Assembly: GCA_019244185.1 (NCBI GenBank)
Contig: JAFATB010000006.1
Coordinates: forward strand, 553,614 to 617,613
DNA: 64,000 nt
Direction of reading: 5' to 3'
Origin: Acidobacteriota bacterium
GTDB taxonomy: Bacteria; Acidobacteriota; Thermoanaerobaculia; Gp7-AA8
In this document: one piece after another, positions 12,594 to 22,892 of the stretch
How the letters are laid out: each line of letters starts with the position of its first letter
Numbering within the stretch: the first letter of the stretch is position 1
The notes under the pieces: generated by a model
Told to the model about the DNA's origin: nothing
What the model saw: only the letters and a program-made list of their open reading frames with translations
Database searches by the model: none
Made by a program: the position numbers and the translations under genes

Positions 12594-14612
12594 ATGTCGA
12601 GCGCACAGAGACACGAAGAACCCTCGGATTCCCTCCTTCCCGGCGAGTCGTTCGCCGACCGCGTGCAGCGCAGGATTCTCGGCGAACGGCGCGACCTCAC
12701 CGATCCGCACGCGCTGCACAAGATCTCGCTGATCGCGTTTCTGGCGTGGGTCGGCCTCGGCGCCGACGGGCTCTCCTCGTCCGCGTACGGTCCGGAAGAA
12801 GCGTTCCGCGCGCTCGGCGAACATCACTACCTCGCGCTCGGCCTGGCGCTGGCCACCGGCATCACGGTGCTCATTCTCTCCGCGTCGTACTCGAGCATCA
12901 TCGAACAGTTCCCGACCGGCGGCGGCGGCTACGTCGTCGCGTCGCGCTTGCTCGGGCCGCGCATCGGCGTCATTTCCGGTTGCGCGCTCGTCGTCGACTA
13001 CATCCTCACGATCACGGTCTCGATCGCGTCGGGCGGCAACGCCATCTTCAGCTTTCTGCCGGCGTCGTGGCACGCGTGGAAGATGGCGATCGAAGTCGCG
13101 GCGATCGTGCTGCTCATCGCGCTCAATCTGCGCGGCGTGAAAGAGTCGGTGAAAGTGCTGACGCCGATCTTTCTCGTGTTCCTGGCGACGCACGCGCTGC
13201 TCATCGGCTGGGCGATCTTCACGCACGCGGGCGCGATCCCGGAAGTCTCGCATCGCTTGTCGACGGAGTACGCGGGCGGACTGGCGACGCTCGGCGCGGG
13301 CGGCATGCTGCTGCTGTTCCTGCGCGCGTACTCGCTCGGCGGCGGCACGTACACCGGCATCGAGGCGGTGTCGAACGGCCTTCAGATCATGCGCGAGCCG
13401 CGCGTGCACACCGGAAAAAAGACGATGGTCTACATGGCCGTCTCGCTCGCGCTGACCGCGTCCGGAATCCTCATCGCGTATCTGCTGCTGCAGACGCGGC
13501 CGCTCGAAGGCAAGACCATGAACGCGGTGCTCTCCGAGACCGCGTTCGGCGCGTGGCACCTCGGCGCATTACCGGTCGGCTACTGGCTCGTGCTCGTGAC
13601 GCTGATCTCCGAGGGGTTGCTGCTCTTCGTCGCGGCGCAGGCAGGCTTCATCGACGGACCGCGCGTCATGGCCAACATGGCCGTCGACTCGTTCTTCCCG
13701 CACCGTTTCGCCGCGCTGTCGGAACAGCTGTCGATGCACAACGGCGTGATGCTGATGGGCGGCGCGGCGCTGGCGATGCTCTTCTACACGAAGGGCAACA
13801 TCCACGTGCTCGTGGTGATGTACTCGATCAACGTCTTCCTGACGTTCACGCTCTCGCAGCTCGGCATGTGGCGCTTCTGGTGGCCGCGCCGCGGCGATGG
13901 TCAACGTGCGTACCACATCTTCATTCACGGTCTGGCGCTGGCGATGTGCGCGGCCATTCTGGTCGTCACGATCTTCGAGAAATTCGGCCACGGCGGCTGG
14001 GTCACGGCGGTCATCACCGCGCTCTTCGTGCTGCTCTGCCTGCGCGTGCGCAGGCACTACGACTCGATCCGCGCCGGCCTGCGCCAGCTCGACGACATCC
14101 TCGGCAGCATTCCGACGAGCGGCACGCCGAACGACCAGCCGCTCGCGCCGAACGCGCCGACCGCGGTGATCCTCGTCAGCGGCTTCAACGGCCTCGGCGT
14201 GCACACGATCCTCTCGACGCTGCGCTTCTTCCCCGGCCTGTACAAGCAGTTCATCTTCGTCTCGATCGCCGTCGTCGACTCGGGCCACTTCAAAGGCCGC
14301 GAAGAGATCGAAGCGCTGCAGCGCGAGACGGACGAGCAGGTGCAGCGCTACGTCAGTCTCACGCGGCGCCTCGGCTTCCCCGCCGAAGGCGTGACCGACA
14401 TCGGCACCGAGGTCGTGGCGGAGGCGACGATCGTGTGCGAGCGCGTCGCGCGCGACTATCCGAAAGCGACGATCATCTCGGGCAAGCTCGTCTTCCGGCA
14501 GGAGCGGATGTTCAACCGCCTGCTCCACAACGAAACGCCGACGCTCATTCAGCGCCGCCTGCAATGGCTCGGCGTGCCGATGGTCGTGCTGCCGGTGCGC
14601 GCGAGCGTCTGA
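12594..14612 (+). CDS. APC family permease, KimA-like putative K+ transporter
   Basis: DGLSSSAYGPEE, GGGGYVVAS, VDYILT, TGIEAVSNG; multiple TMs plus a soluble C-terminal domain; follows the kdp genes. Confidence 0.8.
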   Translation: MSSAQRHEEPSDSLLPGESFADRVQRRILGERRDLTDPHALHKISLIAFLAWVGLGADGLSSSAYGPEEAFRALGEHHYLALGLALATGITVLILSASYSSIIEQFPTGGGGYVVASRLLGPRIGVISGCALVVDYILTITVSIASGGNAIFSFLPASWHAWKMAIEVAAIVLLIALNLRGVKESVKVLTPIFLVFLATHALLIGWAIFTHAGAIPEVSHRLSTEYAGGLATLGAGGMLLLFLRAYSLGGGTYTGIEAVSNGLQIMREPRVHTGKKTMVYMAVSLALTASGILIAYLLLQTRPLEGKTMNAVLSETAFGAWHLGALPVGYWLVLVTLISEGLLLFVAAQAGFIDGPRVMANMAVDSFFPHRFAALSEQLSMHNGVMLMGGAALAMLFYTKGNIHVLVVMYSINVFLTFTLSQLGMWRFWWPRRGDGQRAYHIFIHGLALAMCAAILVVTIFEKFGHGGWVTAVITALFVLLCLRVRRHYDSIRAGLRQLDDILGSIPTSGTPNDQPLAPNAPTAVILVSGFNGLGVHTILSTLRFFPGLYKQFIFVSIAVVDSGHFKGREEIEALQRETDEQVQRYVSLTRRLGFPAEGVTDIGTEVVAEATIVCERVARDYPKATIISGKLVFRQERMFNRLLHNETPTLIQRRLQWLGVPMVVLPVRASV

Positions 14613-14629
14613 CGCGCGTCACGGCGTTC

Positions 14630-15715
14630 TCATGGCGTCAGCAGGGTCACCTGCTGCGTGTCGTTGTTCGTGACGGAGACATACGCCCAGAACGGCGCGT
14701 CGCCGTCGAGCGGCTCGATCTGCACCTGCACGTGTGGCGTGCTCGCCGGAACGACCGGGAGCGCGAGCGTCGCGAACGCCACGTCCCACACCGAGCCTTC
14801 AAAGAGCGGATCGAGCTCCGTCGTCACCGGCAGCTCGAGCAGCGTGTCGACCGGAAGCGGCGTCGTGTATCCCTCGAACGCCGGCACGAAGACGTCGGCC
14901 TGGGTCAGCACGCGCACGCGGTACGGATGCGCGTGGCCGTCGACGCTGAACACGCGCACGTTCGCGCGGAAGCGGCTGCCCATGGGCACGCCGGGAATCG
15001 TGGTCGCGCCGTGGCGGAAGTCCGCCTCGCGCACCGCCGGCACGCGCGTGCCGAACGTCTGGTCGTCGCGCGAGGCATCGTAGAGGCGCGTCTCGAACGT
15101 GAGCTGCGACGCGAGCGCCTTCGGCACCATGACGCGCACGGGAGCGTGCGCGTTCGCGAGCTCGAGATTGACGGTCGCGTGCGGCGCCACCGTGAGGAAC
15201 TCGACGAACGACGGCGAGATCAGCACGTTGTACGGGAACAGCGGCAGATCGAAGCGCATCGACCACGCCGAGTCGTTGCGGATGAAGCTCTCCGCGCGCC
15301 ACACCGAGCCGTTCGCGCCGAACACGTCCTCGCCTCCGCCGGCATGCGGAAGCAGGATCGTCTCGAAGTCGGAAGGAGCGACGAACAGCATCGCGTCTTC
15401 GACCGCGGCATTGCCCTGCGCGGTGTGCACTTCGAGATTCGCAACGCCCGGCGGCATGTCGTCCGGAACGCTGATGAGGAGCTTCGATCCGTTCCCGAAG
15501 AAGGGCACCGCTTCGCCGCCGACCAGCACCGAAACACCCGGACAGTTCGTCCCGCAGATGCCGAGATCGACGCCGGTCAGGACGACGCGCGCGTAACGGT
15601 TCCCGCCCTGCGTGGCGAAGACCGCCGGGTCGATCGCCTGAATCGCCGGCGCGGCGAATGCCGCGGTCGAGAGCGCGAATGCGAGAGCGAGAGAGAAGCC
15701 AAACATGCGGCGCAT
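14630..15715 (-). CDS. Secreted hypothetical protein with N-terminal IPT/TIG-like domain
   Basis: Signal peptide; PAIQAIDP...GG; C-terminal WAYVSVTNNDTQQVT. Confidence 0.7.
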   Translation of the reverse strand: MRRMFGFSLALAFALSTAAFAAPAIQAIDPAVFATQGGNRYARVVLTGVDLGICGTNCPGVSVLVGGEAVPFFGNGSKLLISVPDDMPPGVANLEVHTAQGNAAVEDAMLFVAPSDFETILLPHAGGGEDVFGANGSVWRAESFIRNDSAWSMRFDLPLFPYNVLISPSFVEFLTVAPHATVNLELANAHAPVRVMVPKALASQLTFETRLYDASRDDQTFGTRVPAVREADFRHGATTIPGVPMGSRFRANVRVFSVDGHAHPYRVRVLTQADVFVPAFEGYTTPLPVDTLLELPVTTELDPLFEGSVWDVAFATLALPVVPASTPHVQVQIEPLDGDAPFWAYVSVTNNDTQQVTLLTP

Positions 15716-15767
15716 GTGCGCATTTTATGGCGTTACAGCATGACCGTCAAACGGCGCTTCCGCGCGA

Positions 15768-16172
15768 TCACGATTCAGAGTCGGACACGGTCTGAATGTC
15801 CGGCCACTGCGCGCGCGCACTGCAGTACGCGGCGACCGTCGCCTGCAGCTCCGCGAGATGAAACGGCTTGAGGAGAATGGCGTCGGCATCGGGCGCATAC
15901 CGCGCCGCATTCGGCGTGGTGGTGAGGATGATCTTCGGACGCTGCGGCGGCGGCGCGTGGCGGAACTCGCGCAGCAGCGCGTCGAGCTCCGGCGTATCGC
16001 TCGACACGATCACCGCGGCGTAACCGCCGAACCGCAGCGCATCGGCGGCTTCGAGCGCGTCGCTGCTCGCGGTGACCTGGAGCGCGCAGCGCCGCAGGAC
16101 GGCGACGAGCAACGCGCGGATCGAAGGATCGGGATCGAGGACGAGGACGTGGGCGAGCGATCGGCTGGTCAT
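15768..16172 (-). CDS. Single-domain response regulator receiver (atypical)
   Basis: VLVLDPDPSIR ... ILLKPF; the phosphoacceptor position appears degenerate (AVIVSSD). Confidence 0.65.
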   Translation of the reverse strand: MTSRSLAHVLVLDPDPSIRALLVAVLRRCALQVTASSDALEAADALRFGGYAAVIVSSDTPELDALLREFRHAPPPQRPKIILTTTPNAARYAPDADAILLKPFHLAELQATVAAYCSARAQWPDIQTVSDSES

Positions 16173-16293
16173 GAGCGCGTTCCGCGGTCGAGCGGGACGA
16201 TCAAGATAGGGTCGCCGGTGCAAACGCAATATCGGGAGAGATGCGCAGCGGTCGGGTGAAACCCCTACACGAGCTGGAGCGTGCGATGCGCCG

Positions 16294-17304
16294 TCACGCC
16301 CCGGCGCCGCTCGCTTTCGCGTGTTCGTCGAACACCGCCTGCCGCACGATGTCGGCGCGGCGTTGCGTCTCCTCGGCGAACTCGAGCAGCGCACGCGCGT
16401 CTCCGGCGTGCGCCTCGCGCGCGTGCGCGGCCGCCTGCCGCATCAGCATGGCGCGCTCCTCGAGCGCGCGAATGGCGCTCCACAGCGAGTCTTCGATCAC
16501 GTCGTCCATGTCCGCGAGGAGACTCTCGAGCGTGTAGGCGTGACCCGTGTGGCAGCGGAAGCGCAGCGGATTCGCGTCTTTCATCTGCAGCAGAACGCCG
16601 TGACACTCCGGGCAGGCGTACATCGACGGCGTGCCGAGCTTCTGCACGCCCACCGTGGTCGCTTTGTCTTCCTTCGCGATCTTCACCTCGATCTCGATGT
16701 CCTCGGGCACAGCCAGTTCTCCTTCCCGCGCGTCGGCGCGCGTCGCGGCGAGCCGCACGAGCAGCGGTGCGAGCTCCGCGACGCGGACCTTGTAGTCGAC
16801 GCGCACGTAGGTCAGCGCGCTCAACGGCATCGACGGCGCGAGCGCTTCGTCGGGATCCTGAACGACCGTCGTGCCGCCGAGCTGCTTGATCGTCCACAAA
16901 CCGTTCACTCCGTCGTCGAGCCCGCCGCTGAGAATCACGCCCACCACGCGCGGTCCATACGTCTGGGCGGCAGAGCGGAACAAAGGATCGATGGCAGGGC
17001 GGAAACGGTTCTCGCGCGGGCCGCGGGTGAGCTCGATCTTTCCGGGAGCGACCAGCATGTGATGGTCCGCGCGCGCGACGTAGATCCATCCCGGCTCGAT
17101 GCGCTCACCGTGCACCGCGTACTTCACCGGCAGCGGACCGGCCTCAGCGAAGATGTGCGCGAGCACGCCGGGCGAGTCGGGCGAAGTGTGCAGGACGACG
17201 AAGATGGATGCCGGAAAGTCGGCCGGCAGGCTGCCGAACACGCTCCGCAGCGCCTCGATGCCACCGGCGGAAGCGCCGATGACGATGATGTCTTTCCCGG
17301 GCAT
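16294..17304 (-). CDS. cheB: Stand-alone CheB-type methylesterase with C-terminal Cys/His motif
   Basis: GASAGG, VLHT, RPAIDPLFRSAA, SGGLDDG; CPECHG...CHTGH. Confidence 0.88.
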   Translation of the reverse strand: MPGKDIIVIGASAGGIEALRSVFGSLPADFPASIFVVLHTSPDSPGVLAHIFAEAGPLPVKYAVHGERIEPGWIYVARADHHMLVAPGKIELTRGPRENRFRPAIDPLFRSAAQTYGPRVVGVILSGGLDDGVNGLWTIKQLGGTTVVQDPDEALAPSMPLSALTYVRVDYKVRVAELAPLLVRLAATRADAREGELAVPEDIEIEVKIAKEDKATTVGVQKLGTPSMYACPECHGVLLQMKDANPLRFRCHTGHAYTLESLLADMDDVIEDSLWSAIRALEERAMLMRQAAAHAREAHAGDARALLEFAEETQRRADIVRQAVFDEHAKASGAGA

Positions 17305-17376
17305 GGGGAACGGCCCCGCACGATCGGTACCACCGTGGCGGCCAACATGCATGATCCGCGCTGCTACCATCGCGTC

Positions 17377-20300
17377 ATGAGCGAACGCGAGACGATCGGA
17401 ACCGAGCCGGGCGAGGACACCGCGCAGAAGAAGTTTCTCGTCGTCGGCGTCGGCGGTTCGGCCGGCGCGATCGCATCGTTCCGCGAGTTCTTCCGCCACG
17501 TCCCGTCGACGAGCGGGATGGCCTACGTCGTCATCCTGCATCTCTCTCCTGAATACGACAGCCATCTCGCCGAGGTGCTGCAGGCGGTGGCGAGGATCCC
17601 CGTGGTGCAGGTGCGCACGTCGGTGCACGTCGAGCCCGATCGCGTGTACGTGATTCCGCCGAACAAGAGTCTGGAGATGAACGACGGCCAGCTGATCGTG
17701 TCGAGCGTGACCAGCTACGAGGAGCGGCGCGCGCCGATCGACATCTTCTTCCGCACGCTGGCCGACACGCACGACTCGAGCGCGGTGTGCGTGGTGATGT
17801 CCGGCAGCGGCTCGGACGGCTCGATGGGGCTGCGGCGCGTCAAGGAGTACAACGGTCTCGTGCTGGTGCAGGACCCCGCCGAAGCGGCCTTCGGCGAGAT
17901 GCCGCGCAACTGCATCGCCACCGGCCTCGTCGACTTCGTCGTCCCGGTCGCGGACATGCCGCAGCGCATCCTGCACTACCGCGATCAGCTGCGCACGCTG
18001 AGCGTGCCGGACGACACGAAAGAACGCCCCGAGGACGACGAGCAGGCGCTGACGGAGGTCTTCACGTTGCTGCGTCTGCGGACCGGCCACGACTTCACGA
18101 ACTACAAGCGGCCGACGGTGCTGCGGCGCATCGAACGCCGCATGGCCGTGCGCGACGTCGACACGCTGCCGGCATACGCCGCGTTCCTGCGCGAGCGGCA
18201 CGAGGAAGCGCATGCGCTGCTCGCCGAGCTGCTCATCAGCGTCACGAACTTCTTCCGCGACCGCGAGGTGTGGGAGAAGGTCGAGCTGAACATCCTCCCG
18301 AAGCTGCTGGCGTCGAAGCGCGCCGAAGACCATCTGCGCGTGTGGGTGCCCGGCTGTGCGACCGGCGAAGAGGCGTACTCGATCGCCATGCTGCTGGCGG
18401 AGAAAGCGCCGCCGAATCTGCAGATCTTCGCCACCGATCTCGACGAGCACGCCATCGCCCGCGCGCGCGACGGCTGGTACAGCGACACCGAGGTCGCGGA
18501 CGTGCCGCCCGAGCGCCTGCGCCGCTTCTTCCTCAAAGACGGCGCCGGCTATCGCGTGCGGCGCGAGCTGCGCGAGATCGTGCTCTTCGCGCACCACAAC
18601 CTGATCAAGGACCCGCCGTTCTCGCACCTCGATTTCATCTCGTGCCGCAACCTCCTCATCTATCTCAATCGCGGCGCGCAGCAGCGTGCGCTCGAGGTGA
18701 TGCACTTTGCGCTCGAGCCGGACGGCTATCTGCTCCTCGGCACCGCCGAGGCGGTCGACGGCTCGCCGTCGCTCTATTCGCTCGTCGACAAGGAAGCGCA
18801 CGTCTATCGCGCGCGTGCGGTCGAGCGGGCCATGCTGCTCCCGCCGCTCCCGCGCGCGATCGCGCCCATCGATACGCCCGCGCTGCTCGCCACGGACGTC
18901 ACGCCGCCGGAGCTCAAGGCGCGGGACCGCTTCGCGCCGATCGATCTGCATCACCGGCTGCTCGAGGAGTACGCCGCGCCGTCGGTCGTCGTCGACGACC
19001 AGTACAACATCGTGCATCTCTCCGAGCGTGCCGGCCGCTATCTGCAGTTCCCGCGCGGCGAGGCGACGTCGAACGTGTTGAACGTCGTCCGCCAGGAGCT
19101 GCGCATCGATCTGCGCTCCGCGCTCTTCCAGGCCGCGCAGAAGCGAACCATCGTCGCGGCGCGCAACGTCGTGGCGCATACCAGCGACCGCGAGGAGCGC
19201 ATCGACCTCGTCGTTCGTCCCGCGCTCACCGCCGACGATCCGGCGCGCGGCTTCTTTCTCATTCTCTTCGAGGAAGCGAACCGCGGGACGGAGATGCCGG
19301 CGCACGAGGCCACGGCCGTCGAGCCGGGCACGCGCCAGCTCGATGAAGAGCTGCTGCGCGTGAAGGCGCAGATGCGCGCCACCATCGAGCAGTACGAGGT
19401 GCAGGCGGAAGAGGCACGCGCCGCGAACGAAGAGCTGCAGGCGATGAACGAGGAGCTGCGCTCGACCGCCGAGGAGCTCGAGACCAGCCAGGAGGAACTG
19501 CAGTCCGTCAACGAAGAGCTGCAGACGGTCAATCAGGAGCTGAAGGTCAAGATCGACGAGATCTCGCACGCCAGCGACGACCTGCGCAATCTCATGAGCT
19601 CGACCGACATCGGCACGATCTTCGTCGATCGTGCGCTGCGCGTGAAGCTCTTCACGCCGGGCGCGCGAGAGGTCTTCAACCTCATCTCCGCCGACGTCGG
19701 CCGTCCGCTCTCCGACATCACGCACAAGCTCGACATTGACGGGCTGGGCGACGCGATGGCGCGCGTGCTCGAACGCCTGCAGACCATCGAGCAGGAAGTG
19801 CAGACGCGCGACGGCGCCTGGTACCTGATGCGCCTCCTTCCGTACCGCACATCCGAGGACCGCATCGACGGCGTGGTGCTCACCTTCCTCGACATCACCG
19901 AACGGCACAAGGCCGAAGCCGCGCTACGCCGCACCGAAGAGCGCTATCGCACGCTGTTCGTCTCGATGGACGAAGGCTACGCCGTCGTCGAGGTGATGGC
20001 GAACGCCGACGGCGCGTGGAGCGACTTCCGCTTCCTCGAGGTCAATCCGGCATTCGAGAAGCAAAGCGGAATGCACAACGCCGCCGGACGGACCGCGACG
20101 GAGATCCTCGGCACGCCCAATCCGCGCTGGGCGCAGATCTACGGCAAGGTCGCCGAAAGCGGCGAGCCGTCGCGCTTCGAGGAAACGGAGCCGGTCCTCG
20201 GCCGCACGTTCGATCTCTACGCCTTTCGCCTCGGCGACCCGCACAACCATCGCGTGGCCGTGCTCTTCATGGACATCACGCGGCGCAAGCGCGATGAAGC

Positions 20301-21387
20301 GGCGCTGCGCGAATCGCAGGCGCAGTTCCACGCCATCGCCAACGTCGTTCCCGATCTGCTCTGGATGAGCGAGCCGTCCGGCGAGACGACCTGGTACAAC
20401 GACCGCTGGCTCGCGTACACCGGGCAGAGCCGCGAACAGGCGCGAGGCTGGGGCTGGACGGAGGCGATCCATCCCGAGGATCGCGCGCGCTCGGTCGAGC
20501 AGTACGCGCGTGCCGTCGCCGAGGCGCGGCCGCTGCAGCAGGAGCATCGCATCCGCGGCGCATCGGGCGAGTACCGCTGGTTCCTCATCAACGCCGCGCC
20601 GCTGCGCGATCACCAGGGACGCGTGATCCGCTACTACGCCGCCGCGACCGACCTGCACGCGCAACGCATGGCGCGCGAGGAGCTCGAGGAGCGCGTCCGC
20701 GAGCGAACGCAGGCGCTGCTCGATCTCAGCTTGAACCGCCAGCAACTCCTCGAACGGCTCGTCACGGCGGCCGAGGAAGAGCGGCAGCGCATCGCGCGCG
20801 AGCTGCACGACGAGATGGGCCAGCACATCACCGCGCTGCGTGTCGGGCTCGAGTCGCTGAAGCCGCGCGACGAACGCATCACGGAGCTGAAAGCGATCAT
20901 CACGCGCATCGATCAGAGCATCGACCGGCTCACGCTGGAACTGCGTCCGCCGGCGCTCGATCAGCTCGGACTGCACGGCGCGATCTCTTCGCTGGCGGAC
21001 GAGTTCTCCGCCGCGAGCGGCATTCGCGTCGCCGTCCACCTCGGCATCGGCGACGGCGACCGCTTCTCCGACGCGATCGAGAGCACGCTCTACCGCGTCG
21101 TGCAGGAGTCGCTCACGAACGTCTGGAAGCACGCCGCGGCGACGACCGTCAGCGTGATTCTCGAGCGCGAGCGCGACATCCTGCGGCTCATCGTCGAAGA
21201 CAACGGACGCGGGTTCGACGCGGCGCCTTCCGGTGATGGCGTCGCGCCGCGCGGACGCTTCGGACTGCTCGGCATCCGCGAGCGTCTGGCGCTCGTGCGC
21301 GGCACGCTCGACCTCGAGTCGCAGCCCGGCAGCGGCACGACGATGTTCGCGCGCGTGCCGCTCCCGGAAACGGAGAGCGCGGGATGA
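17377..21387 (+). CDS. CheB-CheR fusion with PAS domains and HisKA_3 histidine kinase
   Basis: GGSAG; WVPGCATGEEAYS; SCRNLLIY; NEELQ coiled coil; PAS motifs (IHPED, GEYRWF); ERQRIARELHDEMGQ; DNGRGF. Confidence 0.92.
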   Translation: MSERETIGTEPGEDTAQKKFLVVGVGGSAGAIASFREFFRHVPSTSGMAYVVILHLSPEYDSHLAEVLQAVARIPVVQVRTSVHVEPDRVYVIPPNKSLEMNDGQLIVSSVTSYEERRAPIDIFFRTLADTHDSSAVCVVMSGSGSDGSMGLRRVKEYNGLVLVQDPAEAAFGEMPRNCIATGLVDFVVPVADMPQRILHYRDQLRTLSVPDDTKERPEDDEQALTEVFTLLRLRTGHDFTNYKRPTVLRRIERRMAVRDVDTLPAYAAFLRERHEEAHALLAELLISVTNFFRDREVWEKVELNILPKLLASKRAEDHLRVWVPGCATGEEAYSIAMLLAEKAPPNLQIFATDLDEHAIARARDGWYSDTEVADVPPERLRRFFLKDGAGYRVRRELREIVLFAHHNLIKDPPFSHLDFISCRNLLIYLNRGAQQRALEVMHFALEPDGYLLLGTAEAVDGSPSLYSLVDKEAHVYRARAVERAMLLPPLPRAIAPIDTPALLATDVTPPELKARDRFAPIDLHHRLLEEYAAPSVVVDDQYNIVHLSERAGRYLQFPRGEATSNVLNVVRQELRIDLRSALFQAAQKRTIVAARNVVAHTSDREERIDLVVRPALTADDPARGFFLILFEEANRGTEMPAHEATAVEPGTRQLDEELLRVKAQMRATIEQYEVQAEEARAANEELQAMNEELRSTAEELETSQEELQSVNEELQTVNQELKVKIDEISHASDDLRNLMSSTDIGTIFVDRALRVKLFTPGAREVFNLISADVGRPLSDITHKLDIDGLGDAMARVLERLQTIEQEVQTRDGAWYLMRLLPYRTSEDRIDGVVLTFLDITERHKAEAALRRTEERYRTLFVSMDEGYAVVEVMANADGAWSDFRFLEVNPAFEKQSGMHNAAGRTATEILGTPNPRWAQIYGKVAESGEPSRFEETEPVLGRTFDLYAFRLGDPHNHRVAVLFMDITRRKRDEAALRESQAQFHAIANVVPDLLWMSEPSGETTWYNDRWLAYTGQSREQARGWGWTEAIHPEDRARSVEQYARAVAEARPLQQEHRIRGASGEYRWFLINAAPLRDHQGRVIRYYAAATDLHAQRMAREELEERVRERTQALLDLSLNRQQLLERLVTAAEEERQRIARELHDEMGQHITALRVGLESLKPRDERITELKAIITRIDQSIDRLTLELRPPALDQLGLHGAISSLADEFSAASGIRVAVHLGIGDGDRFSDAIESTLYRVVQESLTNVWKHAAATTVSVILERERDILRLIVEDNGRGFDAAPSGDGVAPRGRFGLLGIRERLALVRGTLDLESQPGSGTTMFARVPLPETESAG

Positions 21388-22031
21388 CGAAGACCCGCGT
21401 GTTTCTTCTGGACGACCACGCGGTCCTGCGCCAGGGCTTGCGCCTCTTGATCGATGCGCAGGCGGACATGCAGGTGATCGGCGAGGCCGCGCGCGGACGC
21501 GGCGCGGCGGATGCCGTCACGCGCGCCGGCGGTGCCGACGTCGTCGTGCTCGACCTCTCGCTCCCCGATGCGAGCGGACCGGCCGTGGCCGCCGAGCTGC
21601 GCGCGGCGTTGCCGGAGACGAAGGTCGTCGTGCTCACGCGTCACGCGGAGAAGGCGTACGTCCAACAGGTCCTGCAGAACGGCGCGAGCGGCTACGTGCT
21701 CAAGCAGACCGCCGGCGACGAGCTCGTCTCCGCGATCCGCACCGTGCTCTCCGGCGGCACGTATCTCGACCCGACCGTGGCGGGCAAGATGTTCGAGTCG
21801 GGAACGGCGATCCGCGGTGCGGCGAGCGACGAGCTCACCGCGCGCGAGCGCGAGGTGCTGACGATGGTGGCGTACGGACATACGAACAAGGAGATCGCCG
21901 CCGTCCTCGGTATCACCGTCAAGACCGTCGAGACGCACAAGGCCAACGGTATGCAGAAGCTCGACATCGGAAGCCGCGCCGATCTCGTGCGCTACGCGCT
22001 GAGCCAGGGCTGGCTCGAGCGGCCGGCCTGA
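21384..22031 (+). CDS. NarL/LuxR family response regulator
   Basis: LLDDH, DLSLP, GYVLK, LTAREREVL, TVETHKANGMQKL. Confidence 0.93.
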   Translation: MTKTRVFLLDDHAVLRQGLRLLIDAQADMQVIGEAARGRGAADAVTRAGGADVVVLDLSLPDASGPAVAAELRAALPETKVVVLTRHAEKAYVQQVLQNGASGYVLKQTAGDELVSAIRTVLSGGTYLDPTVAGKMFESGTAIRGAASDELTAREREVLTMVAYGHTNKEIAAVLGITVKTVETHKANGMQKLDIGSRADLVRYALSQGWLERPA

Positions 22032-22033
22032 CG

Positions 22034-22747
22034 TCAGTGACTGCGCGCGTAGGCCGGCAGCGGCGCGGGCGCGCCTGCGAGCTCCGCCGCCGCGCGCGCG
22101 GCACCGAGCAGCACCGCCGCGCGCTTGCGGTCGCGCTCGAGCTGCGCCGCCGCATACAACACGTTCGCGAGCTCGAGCGTCGTGCGCCGCATCTCGTTTC
22201 CGAGCAGCAGCTCGTGCATCGTGCGCGACTCGCTTCCCAGCAACGCGCGCAGCTTCGGCACGCTGCGGAGGAAACGCTCCACGCGCGCGACGTTCACCGT
22301 CGCCGCGCTTCCCTCTTCGAGATCGGCGCCGCGGTGGCTTCCGCGCACGCGATGCTGCCGCGACTGCTCGCTGCAACGGCGCACCGCGTCGACGAGCGCG
22401 CTGACCTCGAACGGCTTCCGCACCACCGCGAATGCCTTCGCGAGTGCCGCGTTCTTCACGACCGCAGCCGGCGCCGTGGTCATGATCACCGTCCGCCGCA
22501 ACACCTCGGCCGGCACGCGCTCGATCTCCTCCAGCGCCGCCGCGCGATTGCGCGCGGAGAGATCGACGTCGCGCACGATCGCGGCCGCGGTCTGCTCGGC
22601 GTCCGCGCCGATCGCATCGCAATCCGCGTAACCGCGAGTGGTGAAGCCGGCGCGGCGCAGCAAGGCGGCGACCATCGTGCGCACGGCCTCGTCGCGGTCG
22701 ACGATCAGCACGACGCCGCGATTGCCTTTCTGCGGGATTTCCGCCAT
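22034..22747 (-). CDS. Receiver-domain protein with helical C-terminal extension
   Basis: VLIVDRDEAVR ... VVRKPF. Confidence 0.65.
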   Translation of the reverse strand: MAEIPQKGNRGVVLIVDRDEAVRTMVAALLRRAGFTTRGYADCDAIGADAEQTAAAIVRDVDLSARNRAAALEEIERVPAEVLRRTVIMTTAPAAVVKNAALAKAFAVVRKPFEVSALVDAVRRCSEQSRQHRVRGSHRGADLEEGSAATVNVARVERFLRSVPKLRALLGSESRTMHELLLGNEMRRTTLELANVLYAAAQLERDRKRAAVLLGAARAAAELAGAPAPLPAYARSH

Positions 22748-22842
22748 GCGTGCAGAATGTCGCACGCGGCGTTTGGTGTCCCTCAGGGAAATGCCTGACA
22801 AACGCGCAGTCGAGGCAGACGCAAGCGCACGTTCATGAGATG

Positions 22843-22876
22843 AAAAACTCTCCCCGCCCGCGCGGGGAGAGTTTTT
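22843..22876. terminator. Intrinsic terminator downstream of the subtilase gene
   Basis: AAAAACTCTCCCCGC-loop-GCGGGGAGAGTTTTT. Confidence 0.85.
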
Positions 22877-22892
22877 GCGAGAACGCCTGAAG

